Assembly: GCA_013239625.1 (NCBI GenBank)
Contig: MU053574.1
Coordinates: 681,844 to 728,769, forward strand
Length of the DNA: 46,926 nucleotides
Direction: 5' to 3'
DNA from: Lama guanicoe
Lineage: Eukaryota
Shown here one piece after another: positions 25,121 to 37,920 of the stretch. How positions within the stretch are numbered: position 1 is the first letter of the stretch; every line of letters begins with the position of its first letter. A program made the translations under genes and the position numbers. The notes under the pieces were generated by a model. That model saw only the letters and a program-made list of their open reading frames with translations. It searched no databases and was not told the origin of the DNA.

Positions 25121-26289
25121 AAGGAGTAACTCAAGGTATCCGTTCTTCCGTTTTTCCCTTTGTTGCACAGTGCGCGTGAATTACTTGCACAATAAGAATC
25201 ATTTTATTTTGAAGACGACACACTGCTTCAGTCATTCTCTTTGTAAAAAGGCGTTGCCTGGAGCCTGCGGAAAAGCTGTGCCAGCAAATCTTCATTGTGT
25301 CTCATGGCGACCAGTCTCTGAGGTGGGCCCAGGGGATGGCCCAGATCAGGGCAGGCCCTGGGGACTGTGTCCAGCAATGTGGTGTCCCCACGAGCCCTCG
25401 ATAGGTGTGCACACCGTCTCTGGGGCTCAGCGTAACCTCCTCTTCCCCCTGGGGGCGTCCCCTGCTCCCACAAGGTCTCCTGGCCTTCCCATCCTGCACC
25501 CCCAGAGCCAGGGGACACGGTGGGGGCTCAGGAAAGGGTTTATTGACTAAATGACCAGAGGGCAGCTGCTCTGGGAGGGACCTCCAGTCGTCTTCCCTAC
25601 CCAGGGTCCACCCCACCCAGGAGCTGTGCCCGGGACTCCCACCGCGTCCCTGCGGTACTCACAGTGCCAGGTGCACCCCAGGCCAGGAGAGGGTGGGGCT
25701 TGCCAGCTGGGCAGCTGCTGGCCTTGTGGTACGAGGTGTTCCGGGCTCACCCCAGACTTCCTCTGTCCAGCCGTGGAATCAGACTTCACTCTGAGAAGCC
25801 CTGGTTCCTCTTAGGGGAGAAGCGTGTTTAGAAACCAAGATCCAGGTCCCAGGTTTCCACTCCCCACAGGCCACCAGTACCGGCTCCTCTGCTAAAAGCT
25901 CTTCCCAGAACCGAGGTCCTAAGGGTAGCAGGGTGCTCACTGGCCAAGCAGATCAGGGCCTCCCCAAGGCCCACCTCCTGCATCTCGGTGGGGTGATGGG
26001 AGACGGCTTCTCAGCGCTCCGCAAAGACGCCCGGGCACGTGACCCCATCCTCCGCTGGACACAGCAGGGGATGAGGGTGGTGAGGTGGCTGGAGGAGAGA
26101 GAGGCATTCACTGCGCCTGGGCCGGTGCTGGGCTCCGGGGGCAGCAAGAGGTGTCTGCCTGGTTCACTGTGCCCTGGGGCCAGCGTGTGGAGGGACTAGG
26201 GAGTGAGGGACGGAGGGAAGGGAGACCGAGTGATACGGCACCCACGTGGCAGGTTTTTGGGGATAGGAGGACGGAAGACATGGATAACA

Positions 26290-26495
26290 ACAGCTGACAC
26301 TGGTTCCCTACTTCGGGCCAGCATGACTTGTGTAAACTGGTTTAATCCTGACAAAAGCCCTATGATGTAGGTACTGTTTTTAACATCCCCATTTCACAGA
26401 TGAGGAGACTGAGGCACAGAGAGACTGAACTTGCCCCAGGTCATCCACGTGGTGGAGGACAGCTTCGAACCCCTGTGGTCGGACTCCAGAACCCC
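26290..26495 (-). mobile_element. MIR SINE
   Basis: ccccatttcacagatgaggagactgaggcacagaga...acttgccccaggtca. Confidence 0.85.
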
Positions 26496-28381
26496 TCAAG
26501 GCCATCCCTTCTGCCTTTGGAAGCAGCCCGCCCCTCCTGGGCACTGGGTCAGCTGTGAATTGTCCAAGGCGGGACAGGCTCCAGTGCCTTTAGTGTCAGG
26601 GGCAGCTCACTGCTCTGGGATCTCTGGGGACTCAAGGCCCCGTTCTAGCTGCTCCTGACCAGAACTCTGGGGCCACCAGTTCAGTCAGGAAAGGGGATGT
26701 CCGGCTGGAAGCCATCTGGAACACTGCCGCAGGTGAGCCCACTTGTCTCCAGCCTCAGCCCACCCTTGCAGGACCACAAGGTCTTCAGAGCCTCTGGGAG
26801 CCCAGGCAAGGGGGTCCTAGGGACTTGACCAGACCCCACTGCATGGGAGGAGTGTGTGGGCGGGGCAGTGGGAGGGCAAAAGGGTAGAGTTTTGCATTTC
26901 CTTTTTATTTTAAAAGACCTCCTTTGATAGGATTGATTGCTAAATTTTGTAAAGCAGGATAAAGATAGATGTGCATGAGATGAAGCCATCATTGCTAAAA
27001 TAAATGAAATAATGGAAAAAGTGGCAGCTGTGTGGCTCCAATGTATTTATAAGCTTGGGCTTCTGTGCAGGAGAGACTGGATTTGCATCTGGACTTTGCC
27101 TCTTCCTGGCTATGTGACCCTAAGCGACTTGCCCACCCTCTCTGGCTGGATAGTCATGGTTTCTTTGTGCCCTTTGTCTGGTTGGGGAAAGACAGACCAT
27201 CTCCCTTGATGGGGTGGGAAAGGCTGGACGGGAAGACATGGGCACACGTGGGGGCCGGATGGGGAGGCCAGCAGGAGGCAGGTCTGGGCCAGGGGTGGTG
27301 CCTGAGGCAGCACTGGGGGCCCATGGGGACAGCAGCAGAGGCTCTCTGGCCAGGATGGATTCATGGCGCCCCCATCCCCACCCGGTGCGTCTGGCTCCTC
27401 TGTCGTGTCTGGGGGGATCCTGTGACCCTGCAAATCGTCTCCTTTTCTTCCTAAATCACGGGGAGTTGTCTTTGTGTGCTGTGCCCAAGGTCTCTGACCA
27501 GGACGCTTTTGGAGCCTCGGTGTTCTCCGCTGTAAAAAGGCTCTATTATGGGAGCCCAGCTCTCAACCTCATCACTGGATGCTTGAAATAAGGGCTATCC
27601 AGCCTCAGCACAATGCTTAGCATCGTCCTAGCAAACACTGGGCAAACTGTCTGCGTGGGGTTTTGTTTTATGGAAAAATACTAGAAATGCACATCAGAAA
27701 ATATTAATAGTTATTAGCTCTGGGCGGAGGATGGTGGGTGATTTTAATTTTGAAATTATTAATATTGCACATTTTGGTATTTTCTAACTTCCCTCCAGTC
27801 GTGATTTGTGTATTAAAAAGGAAAAAAAAAAACAATTAAAGCTTTTCTTCCTGAGGCCTTTACCCTTAACTCCTCTGCCTGAGATGTGCAGGGGGCACTC
27901 TTGGGAGTTGGGGGGACAGTGGCCCAGCTGGAGGCACAGGGCCAGGGGCAGGGGTACGGGCCTCAGGGTGAGCCCCCGCTCAGCCCTGCCCACCCAGGCC
28001 TGCGGGAGGTGCCCGGCTGCTCCCCAGGCGCCTCTGTAATGCATGGCAACCAGACAGGAAACGCGGACTCAGCAGGCCGGCCTACTTAGAGGGGCAGGTG
28101 GGGGCAGGGGACGAGGCGTTTCCCCTGACAGCAAAGCCATTTGGATGATGCCAGGCTCCCTAGGGCTCCTAGCTGGGGGAGGGGGCGGGCAGGAGACAGA
28201 GCAGCTGCAGACCCGCGCTGGGCGGAAGCCCCTGCCTGGGCTGCCCTCTGGAGTCACTACGTCCTGAACTTCCTTCTGCGCCTGCTGCTTTTCCAGTGTG
28301 GCTTCAGGCAAGTTACCTCCCGTCTCTGAGCATCGACCTCCCTCTCTGTTACCTGGGGAGGACGGTCCCTTCTGCTGAGGA

Positions 28382-28575
28382 CAGTCATTCTCAACCCGGG
28401 GCAGTTTTGCCCCCAGTCTGCGATGCCCAGAGGCACTTTTGGTTGGTGCTAGTGGGAAGGGAGCGTCGCTGGCATCTAGGCCAGGGGGAATCGCTAAACA
28501 CCCGCCACCCCCACCCCAGCCCACAGGAACTATCCAGCCCCAAACGTTGATGGCGCTGAGGATGAGAAATGCCCC
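28382..28575. mobile_element. MER20-like hAT-Charlie element
   Basis: cagtcattctcaacccggggcagttttgccccc...ctggcatctag...gctaaaca...tatccagccccaaacgt...gctgaggatgagaaatg. Confidence 0.75.
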
Positions 28576-29794
28576 CTACCCCGTCCTAGGGGGAAGGGGA
28601 CGGGGAAGTGTAACGGGGCACGCACAGCGCCTGCGCACAGGGCTGCTGCCCTCCAGCCTGTGAGGTGGGCTCTTCACCTCTCAGAATCGGACGTCAGTCA
28701 AACCATGAGCTCTGGGCCGGGGGTACACCATTGAGAAGAGGCCGGGCTGAGACCCTGGGCTCCGCTAACCTTGTTTTCTCCTTCTCTCCGCTGCCTGGAA
28801 GATGTCAGAGCTTTCTGAATGGCCACTGGCAACTTCCTCTCCACCCTCCGGCGGAGGTCGGGGCCGAGCCGCGTCCTGGGGGACTGGGGCTGCCACTCTG
28901 ATCTCCGACGCGCTCCACCTCCCTGGCCCTCGCTCCCACTAGTCCCCGGGATGCTGACACAGCGCCAGCTGAGAGAGGTCAGGGCGGGCAGAGCGCTGCC
29001 CACTGAGGCCCCCTTCCTCCCAGACCCTTCAGGAGCCTTCCTGGGGACACATCCAGGGTGACACAAATGTGCGTGTGCAGCAGAAGCGGTTGGTGCCTGG
29101 CCCAGAGCCCGTCTGTGGGAACCCCCCCTCCACTAGGTGACGCTGATTAACAGCTCACAACCTTCCACCTTCTGTCTGGGGGGCGCTCGTACTATAGCCT
29201 CGGAATCTAGCCTGAAGCCGGAGGCATGAGACTGCCCCCTTGCCTCAAGAGGTGATGGATGCTCAGAGTCCCACTGGGTGGACCAGGCTGAGGATGGAAT
29301 CCTCACTGGGGTTCCCACCCTCCCCCAATGCTAATTCCTTTACTCCCTGACACATGTTTCCTAATAGCACACCCTCCGCAAACCCACGCACTGAACCCCT
29401 GTCTCAAGCTCTGCTTCTGTCAGACCTCAGTCTGTGTGTGTGTGTTTGGGGCTGAATTGATGTAGTTCCTTTATATTTCAATATCGCAATGATTAGGAGG
29501 AAGGCATCACTGCTTACAGATCACAGCCACCAGGTGGTGTTTCTCTAGAGGTAGATTTTGGTCAGCCTGCCCTGTGCTCCCTTTGAAGGTAGAGGTATGT
29601 TCTGTCCTGGGAAGAGGTGACTTGAGACAGAGAAGGCCCTGGACCCCTCGGCCTAAGGCCGCTGTGACCTGTGGTCATGTCCTGGGCAGGATTACGTCCT
29701 GGGGGCTGCGGCTGAGGGAGGGGGCTGTTAGTCTCTCTGGCCTCAGTGGACTGGAGGGAGGGGGCAGGTATGGGTGGGGAGGACCCATAACTTA

Positions 29795-30215
29795 GGAATT
29801 GGTGAGTCTGTGTATAACAGAAAATCCAAAGACTGGTATTTTAATCACATCAAGATTTATTTTTTTCTCACACATTAAGAAGTGCGGAGGTCAGCAACCA
29901 GGGCTGGTGTCCCTGGCTCTTCTAGGTCCTCGGAAAAGCAACTTCCACCTTCTCGGCCCCACCATCCTGAGGGGATGGCTCCCCCATGAGTGCTGACTGA
30001 GCATCAGGAGGAAGGGTGAGAGAGAAAGGCCACGGCCCCAAACTCGGTCAACTGAGGCTCCGTGGGAGTTGAGGGGAGGAGAGGCTTTCTAAAGGGCTTT
30101 CTGGAGAACCCGCCCATCAGCCCTGCCCATCAGCCCTACTTCTATCCCATTGGCCAGAGCTATGTCACATGGCCACTCCTCTCCACTAGGAGCCCCAGGG
30201 ACCTTTCCTTTTAGC
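29795..30215. mobile_element. Old MaLR LTR (MLT1J/K-like)
   Basis: taacagaaaatccaaa...gatttattttttt ctcac and cattggccagagctatgtcacatggccactcct. Confidence 0.6.
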
Positions 30216-31383
30216 CATTGGGCTAAGTGGGGTTCTGTCAATAAGAAGGTGAGGATGGTAACAGAGAGGCCACCCGGGACCAGAGAGAAGGCACTTTCTT
30301 TAGGGTTGAGATTTGAGAGCGGTGGCCAGCAGAGGTGGCGTCTGGCCCTGTGGGGCTGTAAGTATAGTTTATACCCTCTTGTAGCTGTGTTGTAATCTCT
30401 TGTCATCCTCAAGGCCAAGGTGGGTCAAGCTCTGTCTGGGGACTTGCAGGAGGGATGCGGTTGGTTCTAAACTTCCCCACCTAGAAAGAGCAACTGCAGC
30501 CAGAGGGTTACTGCAGGCGGAGGCTGCGGGAGCAACAAGGGACCTGGTCCGTGGGGCTGGGAGTCTCCTGGGGCTGCTGGGAAGTGAGCAGGTGGGCAGG
30601 GAAATCTAGACCTTCTCCAGAGACAGCTGGGAAGTGAACCTCTAAAGGATGGAGAGACCCACAGGCGCTCCCGAAGCACGGGGCTAAGTTCATGGACCCC
30701 TTTCTTCCGCGCTTCCTTTTACAACTCCCTCGGTGCCCCGGGTCTCCTCGACCGTCTCCTTCCTGATGCTGGGGAGGTAAAGAGGAAGGAGGGAGGAGAT
30801 GGTGGTCTGCATTGGGTCTTTGTATTTCCTGTCTCCACCAGCCTGCGCCCACTTTGAAATTTGGCCAACAGGGGGCTCTGGAAGGAGGCAGCGGCAGCAG
30901 TAGACATGGGGCCTGAAGCTGGAGGGTCCCGCAGGGCTGATAGGACCCCCAAATCCCCATGCTGATGTACAAATAGGAGCATCGAAATCAAGCTCTGTTA
31001 GAACACTCTGCCAGTCACTTCCCTTGGACTTCTCAGCAATGGTCTCCGTGTCCACCACGTGCTTTGAAATTTGAGGACAGCCCAGGAAAAGTGCCAATAA
31101 ACTCTGGATTTATTTTATTTATTTATTTATTTTTAGGGAAAGGAGGGGAACAACCTCCCAAGTTTGGGGGACGTGTGCATCACTGCAGGGCCATGCCTGG
31201 CCAAGCGGTGAGATAGCTCTGCAGGCCACCCTGCCTGTTATTCCCAGAAGGGCCTGGAGAAGGGATGGCACTGATGGTGAAATAGTTTAAGGCTGTCTTG
31301 TGGGTTCCTCTTTAAACCCCAAGCTTGCTGGGTATAAAAGAACAGAAAGGAAACAGGCCTTGGAGGCAGCAGTGAACAGATTC

Positions 31384-31389
31384 TTTACT
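31384..31389 (-). terminator. NTNG2: Candidate NTNG2 poly(A) signal, variant AGTAAA; backup AATAAA cluster at about 31109-31132
   Basis: Plus-strand tttact at 31384; tttatt repeats at 31109-31132. Confidence 0.4.
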
Positions 31390-31719
31390 GTCGGATTATA
31401 CACCATCAACCACCCACCGTGGTGACCAGCCTCCTGCTCAGGGCCCTCCTTCTAGGGGCGGTTAATACAAACAAAAATAATTCTCTACAAAACGAAGTTT
31501 CCAGTCCTCCCGACCCTCCTTCCTAACTCCCTCCCCCAGACAGTGAGCTCCTTGGTCACCAGGCCTCTCCCAAGGCCTGGGGTCTGGTGGGTGGCAAAAG
31601 AAAACAAAGAAAGAATATAAAAGAGAATCAAGTCAGCGACTAGAGTTGTAGGCAACTGGAATTCCGGGTCCCCTGGCTGATTGAGGGCCAGGGACAGGCG
31701 CAGCGGGTGTCTGCAACAG

Positions 31720-31721
<2 letters not shown>

Positions 31722-31770
<49 letters not shown>

Positions 31771-31804
31771 AAAGAAAAGAGAAAAGAAAAAAGAAAGAAA
31801 AGAG
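31722..31804. repeat. (GT)21 microsatellite followed by a purine-only A/G tract, in the NTNG2 3' UTR
   Basis: Perfect GT run 31722-31764, then aaagaaaaagaaaagagaaaag... Confidence 0.95.
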
Positions 31805-32060
31805 GTGATGGGTAATACGAAAGAACAACTAAAACCAAAATCCAAAATCGCAGGTCGCTGGGGCCAGGGCCCCACAGCGCCCCAGCTGCAGTGCCGGGCA
31901 GGGGGCAGGTGCCACTTGGGATGTTGGGGGCGGGAGGAGGGCGGGAGGACTCTGCTGAGTAGCACCTGGGAGCAGCTCAGGCCGCACCCTTCTCACCGAC
32001 TGGCCTCGGACGCCGACCCCGGGCCACCCCCGCCCCCCCCATCCGCCGGCTCCCTGGGCG

Positions 32061-32212
32061 CGGGGCGAGGCGGGGCGAGGCGGGGCGGGGCGAGGCGGGG
32101 CGAGGCGGGGCGAGGCGGGGCGAGGCGGGGCGCGCGGNNNNNNNNNNNNNNNNNNNNNNNNNNNNNNNNNNNNNNNNNNNNNNNNNNNNNNNNNNNNGGG
32201 GCGAGGCGGGGG
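32061..32212. repeat. (CGGGGCGAGG)n GC-rich tandem repeat interrupted by an assembly gap
   Basis: About seven 10-mers before the N run, resuming after it. Confidence 0.9.
32138..32197. other. Assembly gap (60 N)
   Basis: Run of N. Confidence 1.
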
Positions 32213-32255
32213 GCGCGGCCCCGGCCACCCGGCCGCCGCGGGTCCTCCGGCGGGC

Positions 32256-32510
<255 letters not shown>

Positions 32511-33023
32511 CTAACGCGAAGGGCGGCCCGGTCCAGCCCCCACGCTGGAGCTTCTGCGACTCGGACGTCGCGGCCTGGCCCAGGGGGTGCTGGAGGCTCA
32601 GGGCCCACTTGGTAAGAAGCGTACCTGCGTGGATGGTATCAAAGGCCAGGCGAGACCTGGCCCCCGCCTCCCTCCCGCCGGAGCCCTGGCTCTCCCCTCC
32701 CCGGGGCACTGGCCTTGGAGAGGTACTTCGGCTGCACCAGCTCTCCGGCCTCCAGAGCTTTGCACGTGCTCTTCCATGTGCCAGGGGCGCCCTTCCACCC
32801 TCTCCCGTGGCTCACCTTGGGTCTCCGCCACCCAGCATTTCTTTGGACAGCCTCCCCTCCTCCCCGCAAACTCTCTGACTTCCCGGAGCCTTCAATCAAC
32901 TCTAGCCAACCCCCAACTCCGCTTTTGCCTCCAACCCCTTCAAGGACCGACTCCCCACCAGGTCGCCCCAGGCCCCGCCCACCTGGCCCCGCCCACCAGC
33001 AGACCCTGCCTTTGCCGGCGTCA

Positions 33024-33245
<222 letters not shown>

Positions 33246-34568
33246 TCAGGGCGACTTAGGCCCCGTTCGCTCGGACCCACCCTGCCCGACCCCGCCACCC
33301 TCCCAGCCGGATCTCCGCGCTCCCGGCTGGACGGCGGGTGGGGGTCTGCCAGGGTGTCTACATCTGGAGGGAAGACTACTTTCATTCCGTCACACCCACT
33401 GACTCCCTTGCCCTCTCTGGCCCTGGCATTGTGTGGCCCCCGCCAGCCCCCTCCCCTCCCTGGACCTCCGTCTCCGCGTCTGTAACCGGACGGGGCGCTG
33501 ATCCCTCTCACCTCTAAAGAGCTGCGACTGACAGGTGGGAGGAGCCTCGTCGGAGGCCACCGAGCGGCTCTCCTGGGGGCTGTGGTTGTGCGCGTGTGTG
33601 TGTGTGTGGGGGGGTAATCGGCCACCATAGCTCAGTGCTGGGCCTGGGGGTGGAGGCAGACAGGCAAGGAGAAAGGAGGGGGCTGGGGGGCGAGTGGTGC
33701 CTCTAATCGGATCCAGAGTCCCCGCCCTGTCCCCGCAGTTGGCCAGTGTGACAGGCCAGTGCAGTTCCGTTGGGATCACTTTAGAGGTGATGGAATTATC
33801 TGAAGGCTGCTGCCGTAATTCAGCCTGACAGCTGCAGGTTCGTGGGCAGCCCCCCTGCGCACAGCCAGAGCTGCCCGGGGCGCTGGGGAACAGGCAGTGG
33901 GTTCCCAAGTGGGCAGGGCACCCTAAGGCCGAGAACTGGCCTCTACTGGCGACAGCCTTCTAGGCTAGTGGGTATTGGTGTGGGCCATGAGTTTGTCCTC
34001 TTGGGATGGTCTGTCCCTCCCCTGCCCTGGGCCCAGGACCCATGTAGATTTCTTTCTTTACCCCAAAAGCCAGTCCTGGAACAGTTTGAAGAAAGCAGAC
34101 CATTTTCCTACTGAGGGTGGAGGGCAGCTTTATGAGCTGGGCTCTGCTTATCAAGCATGAGAAAAACTTCATTTAAAGAAAGGCTTCAGTCACAAAAAGG
34201 GAATTAAAAGCCTTTGATCTGCTCCACCTTCAGGTTTTGCAAACAGGGGAACAGAGCCAGGAAGAGAGTTGCCCAAAGGCACACAGCAAGGCAAGCCCTA
34301 CAATCAGCCTTCGACTCTAACTAGTGGATCTGAAACTCCAGGGCCTGCAGGGAGGACTGCATGGGGAGGTTATCATTAGAGCCGGTTCTGGAAGCTTCTG
34401 TCTTTAGAGATGCCCAGCTGGAGGGGGCCCTGGGATTGGGATTTCCACAGCCGCCCCAGGGGACTCTTGAGGCAGGGGTCTCCACGCCCCATCTCACACC
34501 GCTCTTGCACCAGGTGCCCGTCCCACGCACTCTCGCGCTGCGCCCCCGCATCCCGGTCGGCGGCTCAC

Positions 34569-34726
34569 GATGCACACGTTCTCGTCGTCCAGCTCGGCGG
34601 AGCCGTTGCGGTAGTAGCCCAGACGGCAGTGCTGGCCCCGCGTGTTGTGCTTGCAGCTGACACAGGTCACCACGTTGAGGAAGTCGATGTAGCTGCAGCG
34701 GTTGGAGTGGCCGTAGCACTCGCAGT
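34569..34726 (-). CDS. NTNG2: Netrin-G2 laminin-EGF exon [52 protein letters not shown] (158 nt as assembled, apparently 10 nt short)
   Basis: cccAG acceptor, GTGAGC donor; only 7 Cys and ends in phase 0. Confidence 0.92.
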
Positions 34727-36290
34727 CTGGGCCGGCCGAGCGTGGGAAACACCCCGGGTCAGCGAGCAGAAGGAGTCTGTGCCTTCCTGCTGCCCCTTCC
34801 CCCATGCACTCCGGACATTTGGGCACTGGGAAAGGAAGGACCCACCCGGGACAAGCAGGGGGCGGCACCCTGTTCGGGCAGCTGCCTTGGGCCTCCCACA
34901 CTTCTGTCTGGGGAGAGATGGGCTTGCTAGCTTTGAGCCTGATCAAGAACCAGTGCAGGCGCCGCCCACTAATTCCCACCCGGCCCTGTGGGCAAGGGAC
35001 CAGGGAGGGCCCGTGGGCAGCACCTGCTAAAGGCCTGGCCAGGGGCCAGGGGAAAGTGCCCTTTGAAGGGATGCCCGCAGGATTCTGGGGTGATTAGAAG
35101 TGATTCATGCAGAGAGAATGGGTCATGATGCCAGACTGTGAGCTCAGGGAGGGCGGTGCCTGGGTTCATGGTGTTCACCACGTTATCCCAGTGTCAATGA
35201 AGGAGAGACGCATGCGTGAATGCTGGACAAGATGGAAAGGGCCAGGAGCTTCCTCCCCATGCTGCTTTGGAAGACGGTCGGAAGGAAAGTATCCACCTGG
35301 AGGACCCTGTATTATTAGCCTGAGCAGTTCTGCAAATTTGATTGGCATCAGAGGGCCTGCTCTTGTAGGAGCCCGAGAGTGAGCACTGCCTTAAGGTTTG
35401 TGCCCTGAGCATCTCCTGCTAGTTTTGGACCAGTTTCTAACTCTCACTGGAGGTACACGGCTCCATGCCGAGGACAACCATCTCCCAGCCATACTGCTGT
35501 CTCCTCCAGCCCTACACCTGCTCCAGGGACTGACTTGAGCAAGGCCCCCAGAGGTTGGAGTTAGCTCCTATGACTTTATCAAGGGGCGGGATTTGGGGAG
35601 AAGGGTCACCTTCCCTGCCACAAGAAGGGGGGCCATCCCTTGGTGTCCCTCTTCAGGGGCTCAACACCCTTGAACAAGAAAGCTGATGTAGCTCCCCTTG
35701 AACAAGGAAGGATGACAGCCACCCTCTGTGAAATACCGTGTTTAGCTCTAGAGGACCCAACCTCCCCTTTGTGACGGGGGAAGGAGGGACTGACAAGGTG
35801 TCAAGGCCAAGGGCACGGAGGACCTTGGAGAAATGAGCCTCGGGGATGTGCCCAGGAGGAGGTGGTGGGCATTCCCACACCATGGCCTTCTGGACCCGTC
35901 CCCTGCACCTTGTCCTTCCAGAGACAGAAAGTGAGGCACCCTCCAGGTGTCCCAAGGAGTAGTGTTGGTGACCCCTGTGTCCCACAAATCTTGCTTCAAC
36001 CAAGACAAGCCCCAGGCCACACCTCCCAGGGGAGCCAGGACATGCTATTTCTGGAAGTTGCTCTCCCCGCCCTGTGCCTGCCCACTGTGCTTCTGACTCA
36101 CACCTGCTCCCAGCTCCCTTGGGGAGGGAGGCCTGGAGGGGAGAGAGCTCGGTTTCACCTTGACCCAGCTCTCAGGGAGGGTTTTCTGAGCCAGGCACCG
36201 GTCCTTGTCCTGCATCGTGTCTTTTCCCCAGTGGGAGTCAGGAGAGAGGTGCTGGAGGAGGGCCGATTCGCCCCGGGTCCTTCCTCTTAC

Positions 36291-36392
36291 CTTGGAATTC
36301 TTCAATAGGCATCACTTGAGGAGATTTGGGCCTGAGCTGGAAGAGTTTGGAGACCTTGGCAAGGGCAGGGGCAGCAGCGGAGGTGCCCGCGG
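36291..36392 (-). CDS. NTNG2: Netrin-G2 alternative exon, 102 nt, (A)AGTSAAAPALAKVSKLFQLRPKSPQVMPIEEFQ
   Basis: tttctcatctctccaAG acceptor, AAG/GTAAGA donor, phase 1/1, open frame; resembles recalled mouse long isoform LFELKPRSPQVIPIEEFQ. Confidence 0.85.
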
Positions 36393-37845
36393 CTTGGAGA
36401 GATGAGAAACAAGCTCTTTTATCAGCCATGGTCCAGCTGCCCAGGGCGGGGTGCTGTCTGGGCCCAGGTAAAGCCCAGCAAAGGCTCCCTGGGTGCCCTG
36501 GGCAAGCTCTGGGGCAGCTTTGTTACCTGCTCAGATTTGAGATGCCACAGCATGCAAAACCAGGCTGGCATTTGGTCCCCCCTCAGAGACCATCTACACA
36601 TCCAGCTGGATTAATCCTCCAAACTACTTCTCTAACTCCCCTCGTATTAAGCTAAATACTTTGCTGAAGCTGGAACACTCTTTGACTGGTTGGAAACATC
36701 TCTTTGCACCCCCTTCTACTCTTGTTCTCCCCTGTCTTCTCCAAACTCCTGTGAGCATCAAGTCCAAAGTCTGAACCTGGCATTCAAGATTCTGGCATCT
36801 CCCTTTCTTCCTGAAACAATCTCCCTGCTCCAGCCAAAGCGAGTCCTTTTCCGTCCATAGATCCACCACCCACAGGTTCTGTCCAGCCACGAGCACAGAC
36901 TGTCCTGCCTCCCACTACCCAGAATCCCAGCCCTGTGTTTGGGGGGGATCACGCCAGGTCCCGGGAGCACCATCGCCTTGGCTTCCCCCTGGAGGCTGTG
37001 GTGCCCTAGTCGGTCCAGGGCTGGGAAGGGTCAGCCCTGGCCTACTCTTTCTGACTCCGCCACCGTCACTGGGGAGGATGCTCAGACTCAGAGGCCTCCA
37101 GGTGCCTGGGAACTGGACCCTCACCAATTGTGGGACTGGCTCTGGAACGGCTTGCCAGCAGGGGGCGCTCAAAGCTCTGCTCCCTGTCCACAGCTGGCAC
37201 TGGAGGAGAACTGGAAGTGTGGGCGGGGTTGCTGCCCAAGCTGGGGATTAGGGCCTAACGTCCAGGGAACTCTGAGCTGGGACTGGGGACAGCTTCCCTT
37301 CTTGGAGACTCAGGCAGGCCCTGTGTGCTTCCTGCGCATGTCCCCCGTGGCCGTAGGCAAGCCCATGCACCCATGAGTGGAGAGTGCGGCTCTGGGCTTG
37401 GTCTCAGTGCCTTCCACGACCCCTCCTTGCATCCCGCTTTGTCAGGCCATTGCTCACTGCCATGCTGCCGCCAAGCCTTTGCCCCAGCTGGTCCTGCTTC
37501 CTGGAACACGCTGCCCTCTCCCTTCATCCACTCAGAGCCACCCCACCGCAGAGCCCACTGACCCTCTCTGAGGTCCACGCGGCCCAGGTGTCCTGTGAAC
37601 ACGGTGGCTGGAGAGAGGGGATTACTGTTACCAAGGCAGAGTCTCTGCTTGGCTTGGGAGCCCCCAGGGGGTGTTGGATTAGAAGCAGTTTGTGGTGAGG
37701 TCACCCCCGCTCTCTCTAAACCGCAGAGTTGGGGTGGAGGCGGGTAGAGCCCCGACGCCCCTCCCCTCAGCACCCTCTGGCCCCTCCCCCCGAGCCCCCA
37801 CCGCGTGCCCCTGCTACCTCCAAGACCAGGAACTTGCCCCCATAC

Positions 37846-37920
37846 CTTCTGCACTGGACGACCCCTGGGGCCAGGGGGTGCTCTCCCAGAGGGGAGCAGC
37901 GGTGGCTGGCCTGACCCTCT
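37846..37920 (-). CDS. NTNG2: Netrin-G2 alternative exon, 75 nt, RVRPATAAPLWESTPWPQGSSSAE
   Basis: cttctcttctttcccccaAG acceptor, AAG/GTATGG donor, phase 1/1; resembles recalled mouse QTKPPTMAPLGDSSFWPQVSSSAE. Confidence 0.8.
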
